From Vicugna vicugna (taxonomy: Eukaryota), in NCBI GenBank assembly GCA_013265495.1, contig MU058289.1, forward strand, positions 2,355,451 to 2,419,450: a stretch of 64,000 bases of DNA, read 5' to 3'. The notes beneath the pieces were generated by a model, which did not search any database, was not told where the DNA came from, and saw only the letters and a program-made list of their open reading frames with translations. Position 1 is the first letter of the stretch. The number at the start of each line of letters is the position of its first letter. Position numbers and translations under genes: made by a program. Below, piece by piece: positions 13,701 to 26,856 of the stretch.

Positions 13701-16700
13701 GGAGCTTGTCCGTGCCTCACCCTAGCCCCCATTTACAGATGAGGAAGCTGGGGGCCTGAGGCTGCAACCAGCCCAGGGTAAAACTGGACGTGCTCTGGGA
13801 CACCTTTGAGGGTCAAGGCAGCTCCAGCTACAGGGGCAGGGCCTGCCAGCACTGGTCACACTCATTCATCTGTTTAACAGTTAGATCCTGGACAGTGCTG
13901 GGCACTGTTCTAGGTGCTGGAGACCCAACAGGGAACAAGAAAAAAAAAATCCCTGTCCTCCTGGAGCTGACATTCCAGCATGGAAGCAAAGAGCAAACAA
14001 GATAATGGACTAAATGCTCAGTTGATGGGGTGATGATAAGTGCTGAGCTGAGGAAATTAAGTGGGGAAGGATTGTAGGCGGGTGAGTCCGGAGTAGAATG
14101 GGGTCCAGTCTGTGTGCGCCTTGCGGCCACGGTAAGAACTTTACCTTTTTTCCTGTGTGAGATGGGAGCCTGGGGAGGGCTTTGAGCAAAAGAGGGATGG
14201 GGTGGCATGGGACAGCATGGCATGGCATGGGATGGGATGGCCTGGGGCTCACTGGGGAGAAGAGGCTGTGGGCAGCAGGGACAGAAGCTGGAAGCCCGTC
14301 AGGAGGGTACCTGAGTCGCCTGGGTAAGAAACACTGGTGGTTCAGAGCAGGGTGGCAGCAGCGGAGATGCTGAGAGGAGGTTCAGTCCTGGGTGTGTTTG
14401 GAAGATGGAGCCAAAGGATTGTGATGAGCTGATGCAAGGTGTGGGAGAAAGAGAGGAGTCCGAGGTGACAGCAGGTTGGGGTCTGAGCAGCTGGGAGCAT
14501 GGTTTGTCATTAATTGACCTGGGAAGACTGTGAGAGGGGCAGGTCCAGGCGGAGAGAGTTCTACACTTCTGCCCATCTGTCTCTCAGAAGGAAAGTGGGT
14601 TATGCCAAAAGTGTACACTGGCCAGTTGGCAGTTCCAGGCGTGTCCTGGAAACGTCCCCACTCACCTCCCTGGAGTTTTACCAAAACCTCAGTGGGCACT
14701 TCTGTCCCCCCAGAGAGGTGCCTGACACATGCTCACTGTAAGGACACTGTGCTGGGAGGCACAGGCTTCACCCAGAGCAACAGCAAGGCCCTCACAGCCA
14801 GGCTGTGGGTGCTGACCCCAGGGCGGTGAGGCTCCATGGGTTCAGGTCTCCCAAGGCCAGCGTGGGTGGCCTGGAGTGTCTCCAAGATAGATGACAACAG
14901 TGAGACCCATGAACACTTCCTGGGGCCTCTGATGTGCCAGGCGGAGTGGGAACAGGCCCACGTCATGGTAAAATCACCCCATTTTACAGATAAGAAGACT
15001 CAGGGAAGCGAAGTACCCTGTCCACAGCGCCCCCACCATGAGGGATCTGGGATTCAAACCCAGATCTGGGGGTCCTCAACTAGTAAGCACCCCTGCCCAT
15101 GGCTTCAGGGGCCTTGGGACTTACCAAAGGGAACTTGGAGCTCTTTCCCCAAGTCCCCGTGTGTCATATCCTGGTGCAGAGGTGCTGGGACTCGTTGCCC
15201 AGAGCGAGGGATGGAGGCCTGGCCCACGGCCAGCCCCTGATCAGACCCAGGAGCCCCAGAGCTGCTCTCCGTCAGGCCAGCAGGCCAGTGTGGCAGGAGG
15301 AGGCACCGACAAGGCCACGCTCGCTGAAGAGGCAGGCGTAGGCCAGGCACGTGTAAGAAGACCTAAGCCCCAGGGGCTCCCTGGCCTTTCGGGCGGGGTC
15401 AGACCTCTCATCTCAGCAGGCCAGGACACAGACCCTGCCCTCTGGGAATTCAAGGCCCACCCAGGATGGCAAATAATAGAACCACTTCCTGGCTGTCCTC
15501 CAGACACCATGGGAAAGGAGCAGGGTCCAAGCAATAGGGGTCAGTGTGAGAGATCAGGGAGGGCTTCCTGGGGGTGAAGGCCAGTGAGCTGAGGAGAGAC
15601 CTGCCACAGTGGAGGACAGAGGACCCTGAGCAGCTTGTTTCCTCGGGCCCCGAGCAGATGTGCAGGATGCGTCCATCCTGCCCAGTGGTGCCTCTGCCAA
15701 AGTCAGTGCAGCACAAGCCCTCTGCTGCCCCCTAGCCCAGTGGCCCCACCTGACAGGAGGGGAAACTGAGGCCCAGAAGGGCAGCACAGGCCTGAGGTAA
15801 CACTGTGGGTTCCTGAAAGTGGTTGTGCCGGCGACCTGGCCTGACAGGACCTCCCTGACCCCTCCCCAAATCAGACTCTGCACATTCCTCACACACACGG
15901 AGGGCAGCTGGCCCCTTCCACTGACATGACGTCCACAGTCCACCCCTGCGACCTCCATGGTCGGCCGCTGCCTCCCAGAAATAGGTCAGCACGCACCGCT
16001 GCAGCCGGGGGAAACAATGGCCCTTTCTTCGTTCCTCCCCAGAGCCGGGTAAGCCCCATCAGGCCAAACATCTTAATGTGATAAAAAACCACCCAGCGTG
16101 GGCCGAGCGAAGAGGGGCAGGAGGACACTGGAGGGGGGCCCCGTGATGGGGGGACTCACATCCTCACCCACCTGCCCTGGAGCTCCGGCCATGCCCGGGA
16201 CCTGCAGGGACCACAGAGCAGCGGTCCCATTGAGTAGATGAGAACGTGGAGGCTTGGGAACCCACATTCCTCCAGCCTGCTGTCCGTCAGACACCAGGTC
16301 AGACACCAGTCCAGGTGCTCAGCGGTCTCTCCGGGCCCCTCTCACATTCTGTAGTTTCTGCCCCTCCTCCCCTTCCTCCAGAGCAGGATCCCCTGAGGGC
16401 TGGGCTTGTCCACTGCTGTTCCCTAATAGGGCAGAACTGACTGCTGGGCCTGAACGTGAGGACTGAGAAGGCAGGCCAGAGCCCACCACCACCAGGGGGG
16501 AGGGGCGGGCACCCCTTACCGTTCCATGGTCCCTTCTCCCAACCTCCTGTAATCATTCAGTGCTGGAGGCGCCCTCCCCTGTCCTCCTCCCTGCCCTGCG
16601 CCCCTCACCCAGGCCCATGGCCCCTTTTGCTCCTTGCAGAGCCCCATCCAGCCCACATGGTGCCAAGAGCATTCAGTGGGCCTCTTGGGGTTTTCTGCCA

Positions 16701-19700
16701 CCTTCCTGCACAAACCTGGGGCAGATGCTGGAGGTTGTCCAGGCCTGGAGGAGGAGGCTCCTGGGGGGCCTCAGAGACACCTGCTGGCACACGTGTTCCT
16801 CGGAGCCACGTGGAGAGAAGTCCTGGACTATAGCCTGAGGCCCTGTGTCCAAAACAATAGTGATGCCCGCCCCCGGCCCATCCCCCAGGCCCCAGCATCT
16901 GAGTCTCCAGCCAGTGAGCACAAACTAGTGATGCGGCCCTTTCAGAGCCCACCCTCGAAGGACGAGGTGCCAGGTGTGGCTTCCCTGAGGGGCACACCCA
17001 TGCGGCCCTGTCAGGCCGAATTGTGTAGTGGTGGGGTCCCCACAGGGTGGGTGGGTCAGGGCCCTGGATGCCCCCAGCTCCCTCCAAGGCCACCCAGCCC
17101 CCTGCTGGCTTCCAACCTCCCTAGCTTTTGGCAAAACCCACTCCACCAGGTCCTGAGAACAGAAGCTCTGCTGCCGGGTAGAGCAAGCTCGAAGGCTCTT
17201 TAGAAACCCAGTAGCCCACCCAGGCTCTGGGCCCCGTGGTAGATGAGGGAAGCAGCCCCTCTCCCCCTGGAAGCAAGCTGAGGGCACCGCTTACCTCTGG
17301 GGGCTGGGAGACAGGATTCTTTCGTCCTTATCTGGATGTATTTAGGGCTCCTGGGATGTGACTGGAAAACCAAGTGGGGCATCGTGGCCATCCAGACTGG
17401 AAATCTGTGTCGGCCGGGGGTGGGGGTAGGGGCAGCACCATGGACAAGGAGTGCATGCAGATGGGTGACCACAGCTGTGCCCTCGTCCAGACCCGCCTGT
17501 GGGCCTGGCAGGTGGAGCAGGCAGGCTCTGCCCTGATGGACGTGCACTCCCCACCTGGCCCGGGCAAGTGGGGCAATCTGGTTGAGGGACCGAGCCCCAG
17601 CTCCCAGCAGTGTTCCTTTTTTATTCATGTGGCCTGGGGGTGCTGGAATTATTTCCTCTTGGGCAGGCTGTGACCCAAATCACCAGTGATGTGACCTGAT
17701 TCACTTGCACAGATGATGAGATCCAGGTAACCCAGAACACTGCCCTTTTTGCCCTTACTGCCAGGGCGCTCAGGACTAAGTGGAAGCTCAGCGTTTGGCT
17801 CAACCTGGGAAACTGCCCTGCAGCCCACAGCTTGCATCTGAGCATTTCCTATTGTTCTGTTTCAAGACCTATGAGCCAGTGGAGCACCCCACACAGACAC
17901 CCATCTTCCCAAGACTCAGAGTCAGCCCAGCGGCAGGCCAGGCCTTCTGCGACCCATGACCCTGCAGATTCCACTTGTGCCCAAGCCTCAGAAGCCAGCC
18001 ACCCCCTCCACTCCTCCCCACAGTTCCCCGCCCTGGGAGGACTAATTGAAGACTGCTGCCCTCGCTTCACAGATGAGAACATCAGTCCTTCACATCAAGA
18101 CACTGGTGCCTCTTTGGGCCTCAGGCCATTCACTCATCCAGTTATTTGCTGAACAGATGTGTATTGAGCACCTACTATGTGCCGGAGGCACCAGGTGAGG
18201 TTGCAGACGGTACACACAGAATCACACAGAGATGCAGAATACATCTGGATACAACTGTGGATGAGCTGAGGCTTCCCATAGAGTATCTGAATCCTCACAA
18301 TAACCCTATTGCACAGACGGGACTCGAGAAGTGACCTGAGCAGGGAGAGGTCCCCCTTGTCTTCTGAGCCCCAGCTGGGGTTTCTCATCATCGTCCTGGG
18401 ATTTGAGCAGTGACTCCGGTTTGTAGTCAGTGGGCTGTCCCCAGGGGAGAGGCATCTCTGGACCACCCAAGAATCTTGTCAGCCTGCCATCGTCCATCCA
18501 CCCCTTCCGTGACAATCGCTAAGGAGCCCCCAGCCCTGAAGATGCATCAGTTCCTCTCCCTTACCCCACTGGCCCTTGCCCAGGACCCAAAACATTTTAA
18601 CGGTGCCAGGAAATGAGGTCTCTTCAGAGTCTGTGTCTGCAGCCTGGGTCCTTGGCCAGGGAGGAGCCTAGGAGGCAGGCGAGGGGTTCTTTCATAGGGA
18701 AAGAGGAGATGGAAGATAAAGAAATAAAGTACAAAGCAGGGTCTGGGGAACCACGGGGCTATGAAAGGGAGGAGAAACCTTACTGGCATGATCAAGGAAG
18801 TCTTCATGGAGGAGGTGCCAGTCCCCAAACCACTCCATGAGTTTGGACGTTGGCCAATAGGAGAGTGGCAAGAGAGAGTGGCAAGAGTGTGTCATGGCCA
18901 AGGACTTGCTTTTTAAGTGGCCAGCTCTGGCCTGCAGGCTGGAAAGAAGACAGGTGCCTGGAGGCTGACAAGACAGGAGGCCTTGGCCAGGAGCGAGGGG
19001 CTGGGCCCTGGGCGGGGTAGATACTCTGGGGCATGCATGGGAGTGACTGCCACTCGGCCATCGCTTGTGCTTGCCCCACTTCATGGGAGTAAGTAAGAGG
19101 CAGAGGAACTCAGAATAGGACCCGGCTCTGGCAGGGGAGCCTGGCTGGATGGACAGGTTCCACTCCCCAATCCAAGGACTGGGGAGGGGAGATGAGGAGC
19201 CCAGAGGGGAACTTGCACAGTTTGAGGGCCCGTGACATCCACATGCCTGCAGGACCACCTCCTCCATCCTCCAAGGAGTGGCCCGGGCTCCCCTCCTCAC
19301 TGCCGCATCCAGAGCTGCACAGAGAAGGCTGGCTTGCTAGGGGCACCCCAGACCTGATGCCTCCCCATCTCTCCCCCCACCGCAGGGAACATCATCGGCT
19401 CGGGCATCTTCATCTCCCCCAAGGGGGTCCTGGAGCACTCGGGCTCCGTGGGTCTGGCCCTCTTCGTCTGGGTCCTGGGTGGGGGCGTCACTGCCCTGGG
19501 CTCCCTCTGCTATGCGGAGCTGGGAGTTGCCATCCCCAAGTCTGGCGGGGACTACGCCTATGTGACTGAGATCTTCGGGGGCCTGGCTGGGTGAGTGTGG
19601 GACACTGGCAGCTGGGGTGGTGGGGACATTCTCTCCAGAACGGATGGCCAGCTGGGCCCTGGATCTCAGTGTCCTCTTCTGCTTCTCATATCCCATGGAG

Positions 19701-22700
19701 GTCATGGAGGGGTGGCGATGGAGGGAAGAGGGGGTGCTAGGCAGCCTTCCTAGGCCAGGGTGGGTGGGGCCAATGCTGGACACTCCAGGTGGTCCCTTGA
19801 CCTCTCTGTGCTTCCTTTTAAATGGAGCTCCTCTAAGCCCCACTCACCGCCTCAGTGCTTGTGGGTTGGGAGGGCCTTACTGCTGAAACCTCTAGATAAT
19901 GCCAGCATCCCCAGCAAGGACACCTTGACGTTAGTGAACCACAGGCAGGGTGGGGGCCGTGATATTCCTAGCAACATCTTGTCAGAGCTCCCCTTTAAAT
20001 AGCTCCCCAGTGTCCCTTTATTCACCATGAACATTAGCTGAGCACCTACTGGGTGCCGAGGGCCAAGATGCCGTGATAAAAAGATCCCTCCCTCTCCTCA
20101 AGTTAGTTGCTTACGGTGCAGAAGGGAAATAAGCCCGCAAATGATACGAAGACCTAGAGGACCCTTGCTTTGAACGTACACGAGAGGCGTCGGCCCAGCA
20201 GCCAAGAGAATGGGGCGCCCACCACCCAGAGAAAGCTCCCAGGAAAAGACCACATTTGTGTCAAGGCTTGGAGGAAGGGTGGGGTTTTCTTGGCTGACCA
20301 GTGAGGTGGGGGAGCACGTAGAGGGTGGTGGCCTGGGGGGCCTGGGTGGTGGTTTGCTGTGGCCAGAGGTGAGATCAGATCCGTCGTGGACGCCAGGGCT
20401 TGGGGGGGATGGGGCAGCCTGCAGGTGGGCGGAGGGGCATCAAAGCCATCGTAACCATCCAGCCCGGGCATGCCGAGGGCCTAAGCAAAGGCACAGGGAG
20501 AGGCCAGAATCACTGAGGAGTCTTAATCGGGAGGCCATGGTAGCCGGTGTGGCATGAGGGACAGATCTGGAGAGATTCCATAGAGGCCGGTTCCTAGGCT
20601 AGGGAGGGGGAGATCTGGGGTTGGGGTTCGCCACCTCATCCAGGAGGTGCTCAGTTAAGGCTTGAGCCAGAGATCTGGAGCACAGAGGAAGAGTCTAGGC
20701 TGAAGTATTCCAAGTTTGGTTTTCAGGTGGTCAGGGGCCTTTACCCAGGCAGCTGTGGATGGGGCCCTGGCAGGGCATGCACACCCCTTTGGGTGTGTCC
20801 AAGGGTGTTCTCCTCTGGGAAGAGGGTCCTCCAAAGGGCCTGGAACCCAAGAAAGCAGAAGGATCATGCTGTGCAGCTAGAGAGAATATTCGAGAAGATG
20901 GGAGGAGAGGAGGGCCCAAGACCCGCACCAGGGGCACTCAGCATCCAGGGTGGGCAGAGGGACGCACCCAGTAGGGGAGGCGGGCCATGGAGCTAAGATG
21001 TCCCAGAAGCCAAGGGGGTGTGATGTGCAAAGGAAGGGGTGGGAAGTGCGGCTACAGAGCAGAGGGGAGGACCAAGAGGAAGCCATCAAGCTTGGTGCCC
21101 CAGAAGTTGCTCGTGTCTCTGGATGAGGCAGTCCCCACCCTCAAGGTGGGATGGACGGGGGGCTAGGACCACCCCCATGGACAGGAGCTCCCCTGGGTGC
21201 AGGCAGAGCCCCCAAGAACAGATAGGGCCTAATTCCCACACGGGTGCCCTGCGGGGTGAGATTCTGGCAGAAGGGAGGCAAACCCCTTCTACCCCGGCCA
21301 GGGCTCTTTGCAGGGTACAGTCTGCTGTACAGTCAGGGGATCACGGCTCAGAGTCGGCCATGTGCAGCCACTGGGCTCTGCTGAGAACTACAGCCGCAGC
21401 CATGACTGGAGGTCCTGGGACAGCCCACCCCAGCTCAGGAACAGTCTGCGGCCGGGGACTAGGTGCCCACTAGGAAAGCAGTTGGTTCCCAAGTCTCTCT
21501 CAACGCCTCCCCAAGGGCAGCCCATAGCTGTTTAACTGTGCTGAACACCGTCTCTGTTGAAACAGTTCATAAATAAAACAGAGACCTCGACACGGTCAGC
21601 TCTGCCTTCCTGCCTGAACCAAAGCCGGCATCCAGTGCCCTGCCAGCCCTGGGTGTCAGGGCCCTGGGGCGCAGCCCCACTTCACACACCTGGGTTGGCT
21701 CAGCCGGGAGGGCGCCGGGAGGCCTGCGCCACTCGGGCCCTTGCTCATTCCAGCTTCCTGCTGCTCTGGAGCGCCGTCCTCATCATGTACCCCACCAGCC
21801 TGGCCGTCATCTCCATGACCTTCTCCAACTACGTGCTGCAGCCCGTGTTCCCCAACTGCATCCCCCCTGCCGCTGCCTCCCGCGCACTCTCCATGGCCTG
21901 CCTGAGTGAGTGCCCACCGGGGGCCCTGGCTGGGCCTCTGTCCCCAGAGCAGCCAGACTGCCCGGCCCACCTTGCTCCCTGCCCCTATAGCGAGGGGAGT
22001 CTTTGATGGGGGAGGGTCACTCCAGCAGCTAGCCCCTGCAAGGTTGGCCACAGGAGTTGGGCTTCTGGCACTGTGGCTGCTTCAGGGGACGCCGTCCTCC
22101 TGCAGCCCAGGCCAGACTTGGCTGTGGCCCCCTGTGGTGGTGCTTGGCCTCAGAAGCCTGCCCACCCACCCACTCTTCCTCCCCAGTGCTGCTGACGTGG
22201 GTGAACAGCTCAAGTGTGCGCTGGGCCACGCGCATCCAGGACGTGTTCACCGGCGGGAAGCTGCTGGCCCTGTCGCTCATAATTGGCGTGGGCTTTGTCC
22301 AGATCTTCCAAGGTAGGGCCAGGGCAGGGCTGGGTGCACGGCCGGGGAGAGGACGCTGATCCCTGACCTCTGGACCCCCAGGACACTTCGAGGAGCTGAG
22401 GCCCAGTAACGCTTTCGACTTCTGGATGACGCCGTCCGTGGGTCACCTGGCCCTAGCCTTTCTCCAGGGCTCCTTTGCCTTCAGCGGCTGGAACTTCCTC
22501 AACTACGTCACAGAGGAGCTAGTGGACCCTCGAAAGTGAGGGGGGCACCTGGCCTGGCCCTGGGAAGGGGTGGGGCGAGGCAATAGGCAAGGTAGCCTCC
22601 TCAGACAGACTGGCTATCACCAGTGGCTGGTCTGGTCATCTGCCTGACCACACTGCTGCCCCCCAAGGACGGCTCTGGAAAGGCAGCTGGGCTGCTTGTG

Positions 22701-25548
22701 TTCCAGCCTGGCCCTGCTCTGTGTGGCTGTGGACGAGTCACGGCCCCTTGCTGGGCCTCAGAAACACTGAGTATCATTGACCTGCTGTAAATGGATCCAG
22801 CTATTTGCATTTGGCCAAAAATTATACATGTGCACACAACATGGTTCCTACAATGAAGCCAACTGCCCTGGCTGATGGTCAGCCAGGACCTTGACAGTGA
22901 ACAGTTGCAGCTGGGGCCAGGGCTGAGGGAACTCCCAGGGAGCCCTGATCCGGGGACTCAGCTCTAAGGGCACTTTGGGGATTTTCAAGGCTGATTTTCG
23001 CTGTAGGCAACATTCTTTTCACATGCAGACATTAGACCTGCCTCCCAGGGTATGAGTAGCCCCCTCCCTCAACTGCCCTTCCTCCCTCCAGCCTGTGCCC
23101 AGGCTGGGCTGGGGAGTGGGGTGGTGACAGACAGCAGCCCTGTACTCTTCCCTCCCCAAGGCCCCCAGCAGACACAGGAGATAGAAAGCTGCTCCTGGGG
23201 CTGGATCCCCTGCTGCCCTCCACCCCGAGGCCCCAGCCCCCAAATCCCCCAAGGGCCGATGCCGACTCCCTCCATCACTGTCCCCAGGAACCTACCTCGT
23301 GCTATCTTCATCTCCATCCCGCTGGTGACCTTCGTGTACACCTTCACCAACATCGCCTACTTCACTGCCATGTCCCCCCAGGAGCTGCTGGCCTCGAACG
23401 CAGTGGCAGTGGTAAGTGGGGCCCTGCTTGGTCCCCGGCTCCTGAGTGACCCCTGCCCCACCTCATGCACCACCTCTCTTCTGTGCCCACCCAGACCTTC
23501 GGGGAGAAGCTGCTGGGCTACTTTTCGTGGATCATGCCCGTCTCCGTGGCACTTTCCACTTTCGGAGGGATCAATGGCTACCTGTTCACCTCCTCCAGGT
23601 GACTGGTCTGGGGAGAGGGTGGTCCAGGCAGGGCAAGGCAGGTGCCCTGGGGCACGCAAGCAGTGCTGGGGCCAAAGGAAGTGAAATCCTGCCAGGTGAG
23701 CCCACCTGAGCTGGGACAATGAACTCCTCGGTAACAGACGTCCCAATTCTGAGGAATAGAAAGCAAGAGAGAGGCAGGTTAGATGACAGGAGGAACTGCC
23801 CAGTGGGGCTGCTGTGGCCTGGAGCAGGGGGTCAGAGGTGACAGCTCAAGAGGGCCATCATGTCTAGAGCTGAGATCAGGATTTGGCCAGCAGGGATGCC
23901 CAAAGCCGGGCTCACGGCCCCATCCATCTCTGCCCCCCCTCCCCAGACTGTGCTTCTCTGGAGCCCGAGAAGGGCACCTGCCTAGCCTACTGGCCATGAT
24001 CCACGTCAGACACTGCACCCCTATCCCTGCCCTCCTCGTCTGTGTAAGCTGGGGGACCCAGGCTGGCAGGGAGGGGAGCCCAACCACCCAGCAATGCGGT
24101 AACAGCAGGGATGGAGCCTGGCCCTCGTAGGCAGCCCACGGAGGGCGTAGGAGGGCCGGGCCCCCCCCCTCCTGGCCGGAGTGGGCAGGCCCCGGGCACC
24201 TGCAGGGCTGACGGGAGGGGGTGGGAGGCCAGCCCTCAGCCCCGTCCTCTCCCAGTGCGGGGCCACAGCGGTCATCATGCTTGTGGGAGACACGTACACA
24301 TTGATCAACTACGTGTCCTTCATCAACTACCTCTGCTACGGCGTCACCGTCCTGGGCCTGCTCGTGCTGCGTTGGAGGCGGCCAGCCCTCCCCAGGCCCA
24401 TCAAGGTGAGGCCCGGGAGACCCGGCCGGCCCACCCGCCAGAAACAGGGCCACCCCTTACCCGTCTGGGCACGGAGGGCGGCGATGGCAGCTACGGGGAG
24501 GGCAGCTTTGTGGTGCGCCGGGCCCTGCTCTGTGTGCACTGACAGACTTAGTCCTTAATGCAGCCCCACGAGGCAGGTGCTGTGAATCCTCCCAGTTCAC
24601 AGCCCGGAAATGAGGCTAAGACCCTTGCTTGCGGTCACTCTGGGCTCCACGAGCCCACCCGAAACAGAAGGCCCGAGACCGAGCTAAAAGAAAAGTCCTC
24701 CCATTGGCATGTAAATCCTTGGGCTGGAGAAGGGCTCAGTGCCTGAGATAGGAAATATCAAAAAATTACCTTCAGCCAAGTGCAAGCAGCGAGCCCACGT
24801 ACGGTCGTTCCGTGGGGCTCAGAGCCACTGAAATCGACAAACCCTCCACAGTTCGGACAACTGGCCGGCCACATGGGGCTGCTGGCAGAAGGGGATCCCT
24901 CAGGCCTCGGCTGAGGGTGGGAAGCACCTCGGACCCTGGGGTGGGGGGGCAGGAGAGCCGCGGGTCCTGCACCATCGGCGCTGCCGCTCGCTGTCCCCCA
25001 GGTGAACCTGCTCGTCCCCATCGCGTACTTGGTCTTCTGGGCGTTCCTGCTAGTCTTCAGCTTCATCTCGGAGCCCATGGTGTGCGGGGTCGGCATCATC
25101 ATCATCCTCACGGGGGTGCCCATTTTCTTCCTGGGAGTGCTCTGGAGAAGCAAACCAAAGTGTGTGCACAGACTCACAGGTGAAACAGGCAGCTCCCCGA
25201 GGGGCGGGGCCTGGAGATGGGACCTTCTCAGGGGGCTCACCCTAGAGCAGGGTCTCCCGGCAGCTGTGGTGGCCACACAGGGCCCAGTTGCCACCAAATG
25301 TCTCCTCCTGGAGTGGCCCACATGTCCAGGTCCCACACGCAGGGGCAGCAGCTCCCTGAGGACCCGTCCCACAGGGTCAGACCCCGAGGTCCATCTGTCG
25401 GTCTGTCTGTCTGTCCTCAGAGTCAGTGACACGCTGGGGCCAGGAGCTGTGTTTCGTGGTCTACCCCCAGGGCTCCCCTGCGGAGGAGAACGGCCCCTGC
25501 CAGCCCTCCGTACTGCCCGCCACGGACAAGCCCTTGAAGACGCAGTGA
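10333..25548 (+). CDS. SLC7A10: SLC7A10 / Asc-1 neutral amino acid transporter light chain (SLC7 LAT family), 11 coding exons, 524 aa
   Basis: Exons assembled by hand, all GT-AG: 10333-10489, 19386-19590, 21754-21905, 22187-22312, 22382-22535, 23288-23411, 23495-23598, 23947-24043, 24256-24405, 25002-25179, 25421-25548. Total 1575 nt, open to TGA. Translation [15 protein letters not shown]...[33 protein letters not shown]...[18 protein letters not shown]...ATDKPLKTQ matches Asc-1. It includes the TM1 IGSG motif and the FPNC cysteine that bonds to SLC3A2. Confidence 0.98.
13855..14540 (-). mobile_element. L2 fragment in SLC7A10 intron 1, containing an (ATGGS)n patch at about 14196-14240
   Basis: CATTCATC...GGCACTGTTCTAGGTGCTGGAGAC...CCCTGTCCTCCTGGAGCTGACATTCCAG is typical of the reverse-complemented L2 3' end. 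Confidence 0.65.
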
Positions 25549-25591
25549 GACGTTTGTGGAGCCCAAAGCAGCTCTTTCTGTTTACATGCTG

Positions 25592-25597
25592 TTTATT
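25592..25597 (-). terminator. LRP3 polyadenylation signal AATAAA
   Basis: TTTATT on + (AATAAA on -), about 1.26 kb after the LRP3 stop and preceded on - by a U-rich tract. I saw no earlier canonical hexamer. Confidence 0.65.
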
Positions 25598-25741
25598 AAG
25601 GAGGTGTTTTTGCAAAAAAAAAAAAATTTCCTGGAAGAAAAGAGAGCCGGCTCTTAGAGGCCTGTGGTAAGGATGCCCTGAAGACGTGGACGGGGTCCCC
25701 TGTCCTCGCTGCCCTGCTAGCTTTTCCTGAAAAGGTCTGTG

Positions 25742-25747
25742 AATAAA
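25742..25747 (+). terminator. SLC7A10 polyadenylation signal AATAAA
   Basis: First AATAAA after the stop codon, about 190 nt downstream. Confidence 0.75.
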
Positions 25748-26856
25748 ACAGGGCTGGTGGTGCAGCTGTCTCAGGTGAGTCCCTGGTGGGCACCACTCGG
25801 TGGGGGGCACGCACAGAGCTGGCTGGAGGAGGGGGCCTGACCAGCTCGGGAGGAGACCCTTGGCATTTGGGGATTTCTGTCCCTTGAACCAAGCACTGTC
25901 TCTCTGGGGCTGGCACCAGGGGGGCCAGAGCCACCCCTGCCCGAAGGGACATGGACGATGGGGAAGTAGCTGGGTGTGCCCCGCCCTCCCCTCCTCCCAG
26001 GGCCTGCAACGCCAGCTCAGCTACTCAGGAGAGCCCAGGATCCGGGGTTCCTGCTGGAACTGCCTTTCTTCCCATAAATCCCCTCAGAGTGTTAGGACTT
26101 CGAAGTCCACAGCCTCACTCTGGTTTATAGGTGGGGAAACTGAGGCTTTGAGACAGGATGGGATGGATTTGACTGCTGTCCCGTTGGTGCCTTGGTCTCT
26201 GTCCCCTGAGAAAGCATCAAGCAGCAGCTTCTGGAGGCCTCAGGTCCTGTAGTAGACCCCATGGGCTTCCTCTACGCTGTGCCCACATTCCCAGCCCTAC
26301 CTTACTACCCAGATTGACCCCTCCACCAGAGGGCAAAGGGCATCAGCCCAGCTAGGCCATGCTGACACCACAGGCATGAGGTTGGTGGCAGAAGCCTCCT
26401 GGCCCAGCTCCTCTGGGGCCCCCTGGGCGGATGGAGGAGGGAGGGTGCAGTGCCACCGGAGCACCCACCACAGACTAGGTCTGGCATGCCCATGGCCCAT
26501 TCAGTCTGGGTACAACTCTGGTGCCCTACAGGGTGAATGAAGGGAGAAGCCACAGAACACACTTCAAGGAGTCCTACCTGGCCCTCCTGCTTCTCTGGAA
26601 AAGATTCCCAGAATGGAGTCCAGGGACATAGAAGCAAGCCCCAGGGTGCCTGTGTGCACGGGGGCCCTGCAGAGGGGCTGGTCACCCCGCCCTCTCCCCC
26701 TGTTCACCCCCACCCAACCAAGGGGCCGGGGTGCTGATGCTGGGCTTCTGGGTGAGCCTCCCAGTAAGAAAGAAGGACACAAAGGCAGGGTAGAAACGAC
26801 TGTGTATTCCCTGGTTACAAAGCGGGGCTGTGGCAGTCACCAGCGTGTCCAGCAGG

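Noticed and set aside
24758..25810. 350-aa ORF antisense to SLC7A10 exons 10-11
   Set aside because: A shadow ORF over GC-rich coding and intronic sequence, with no recognisable domain.
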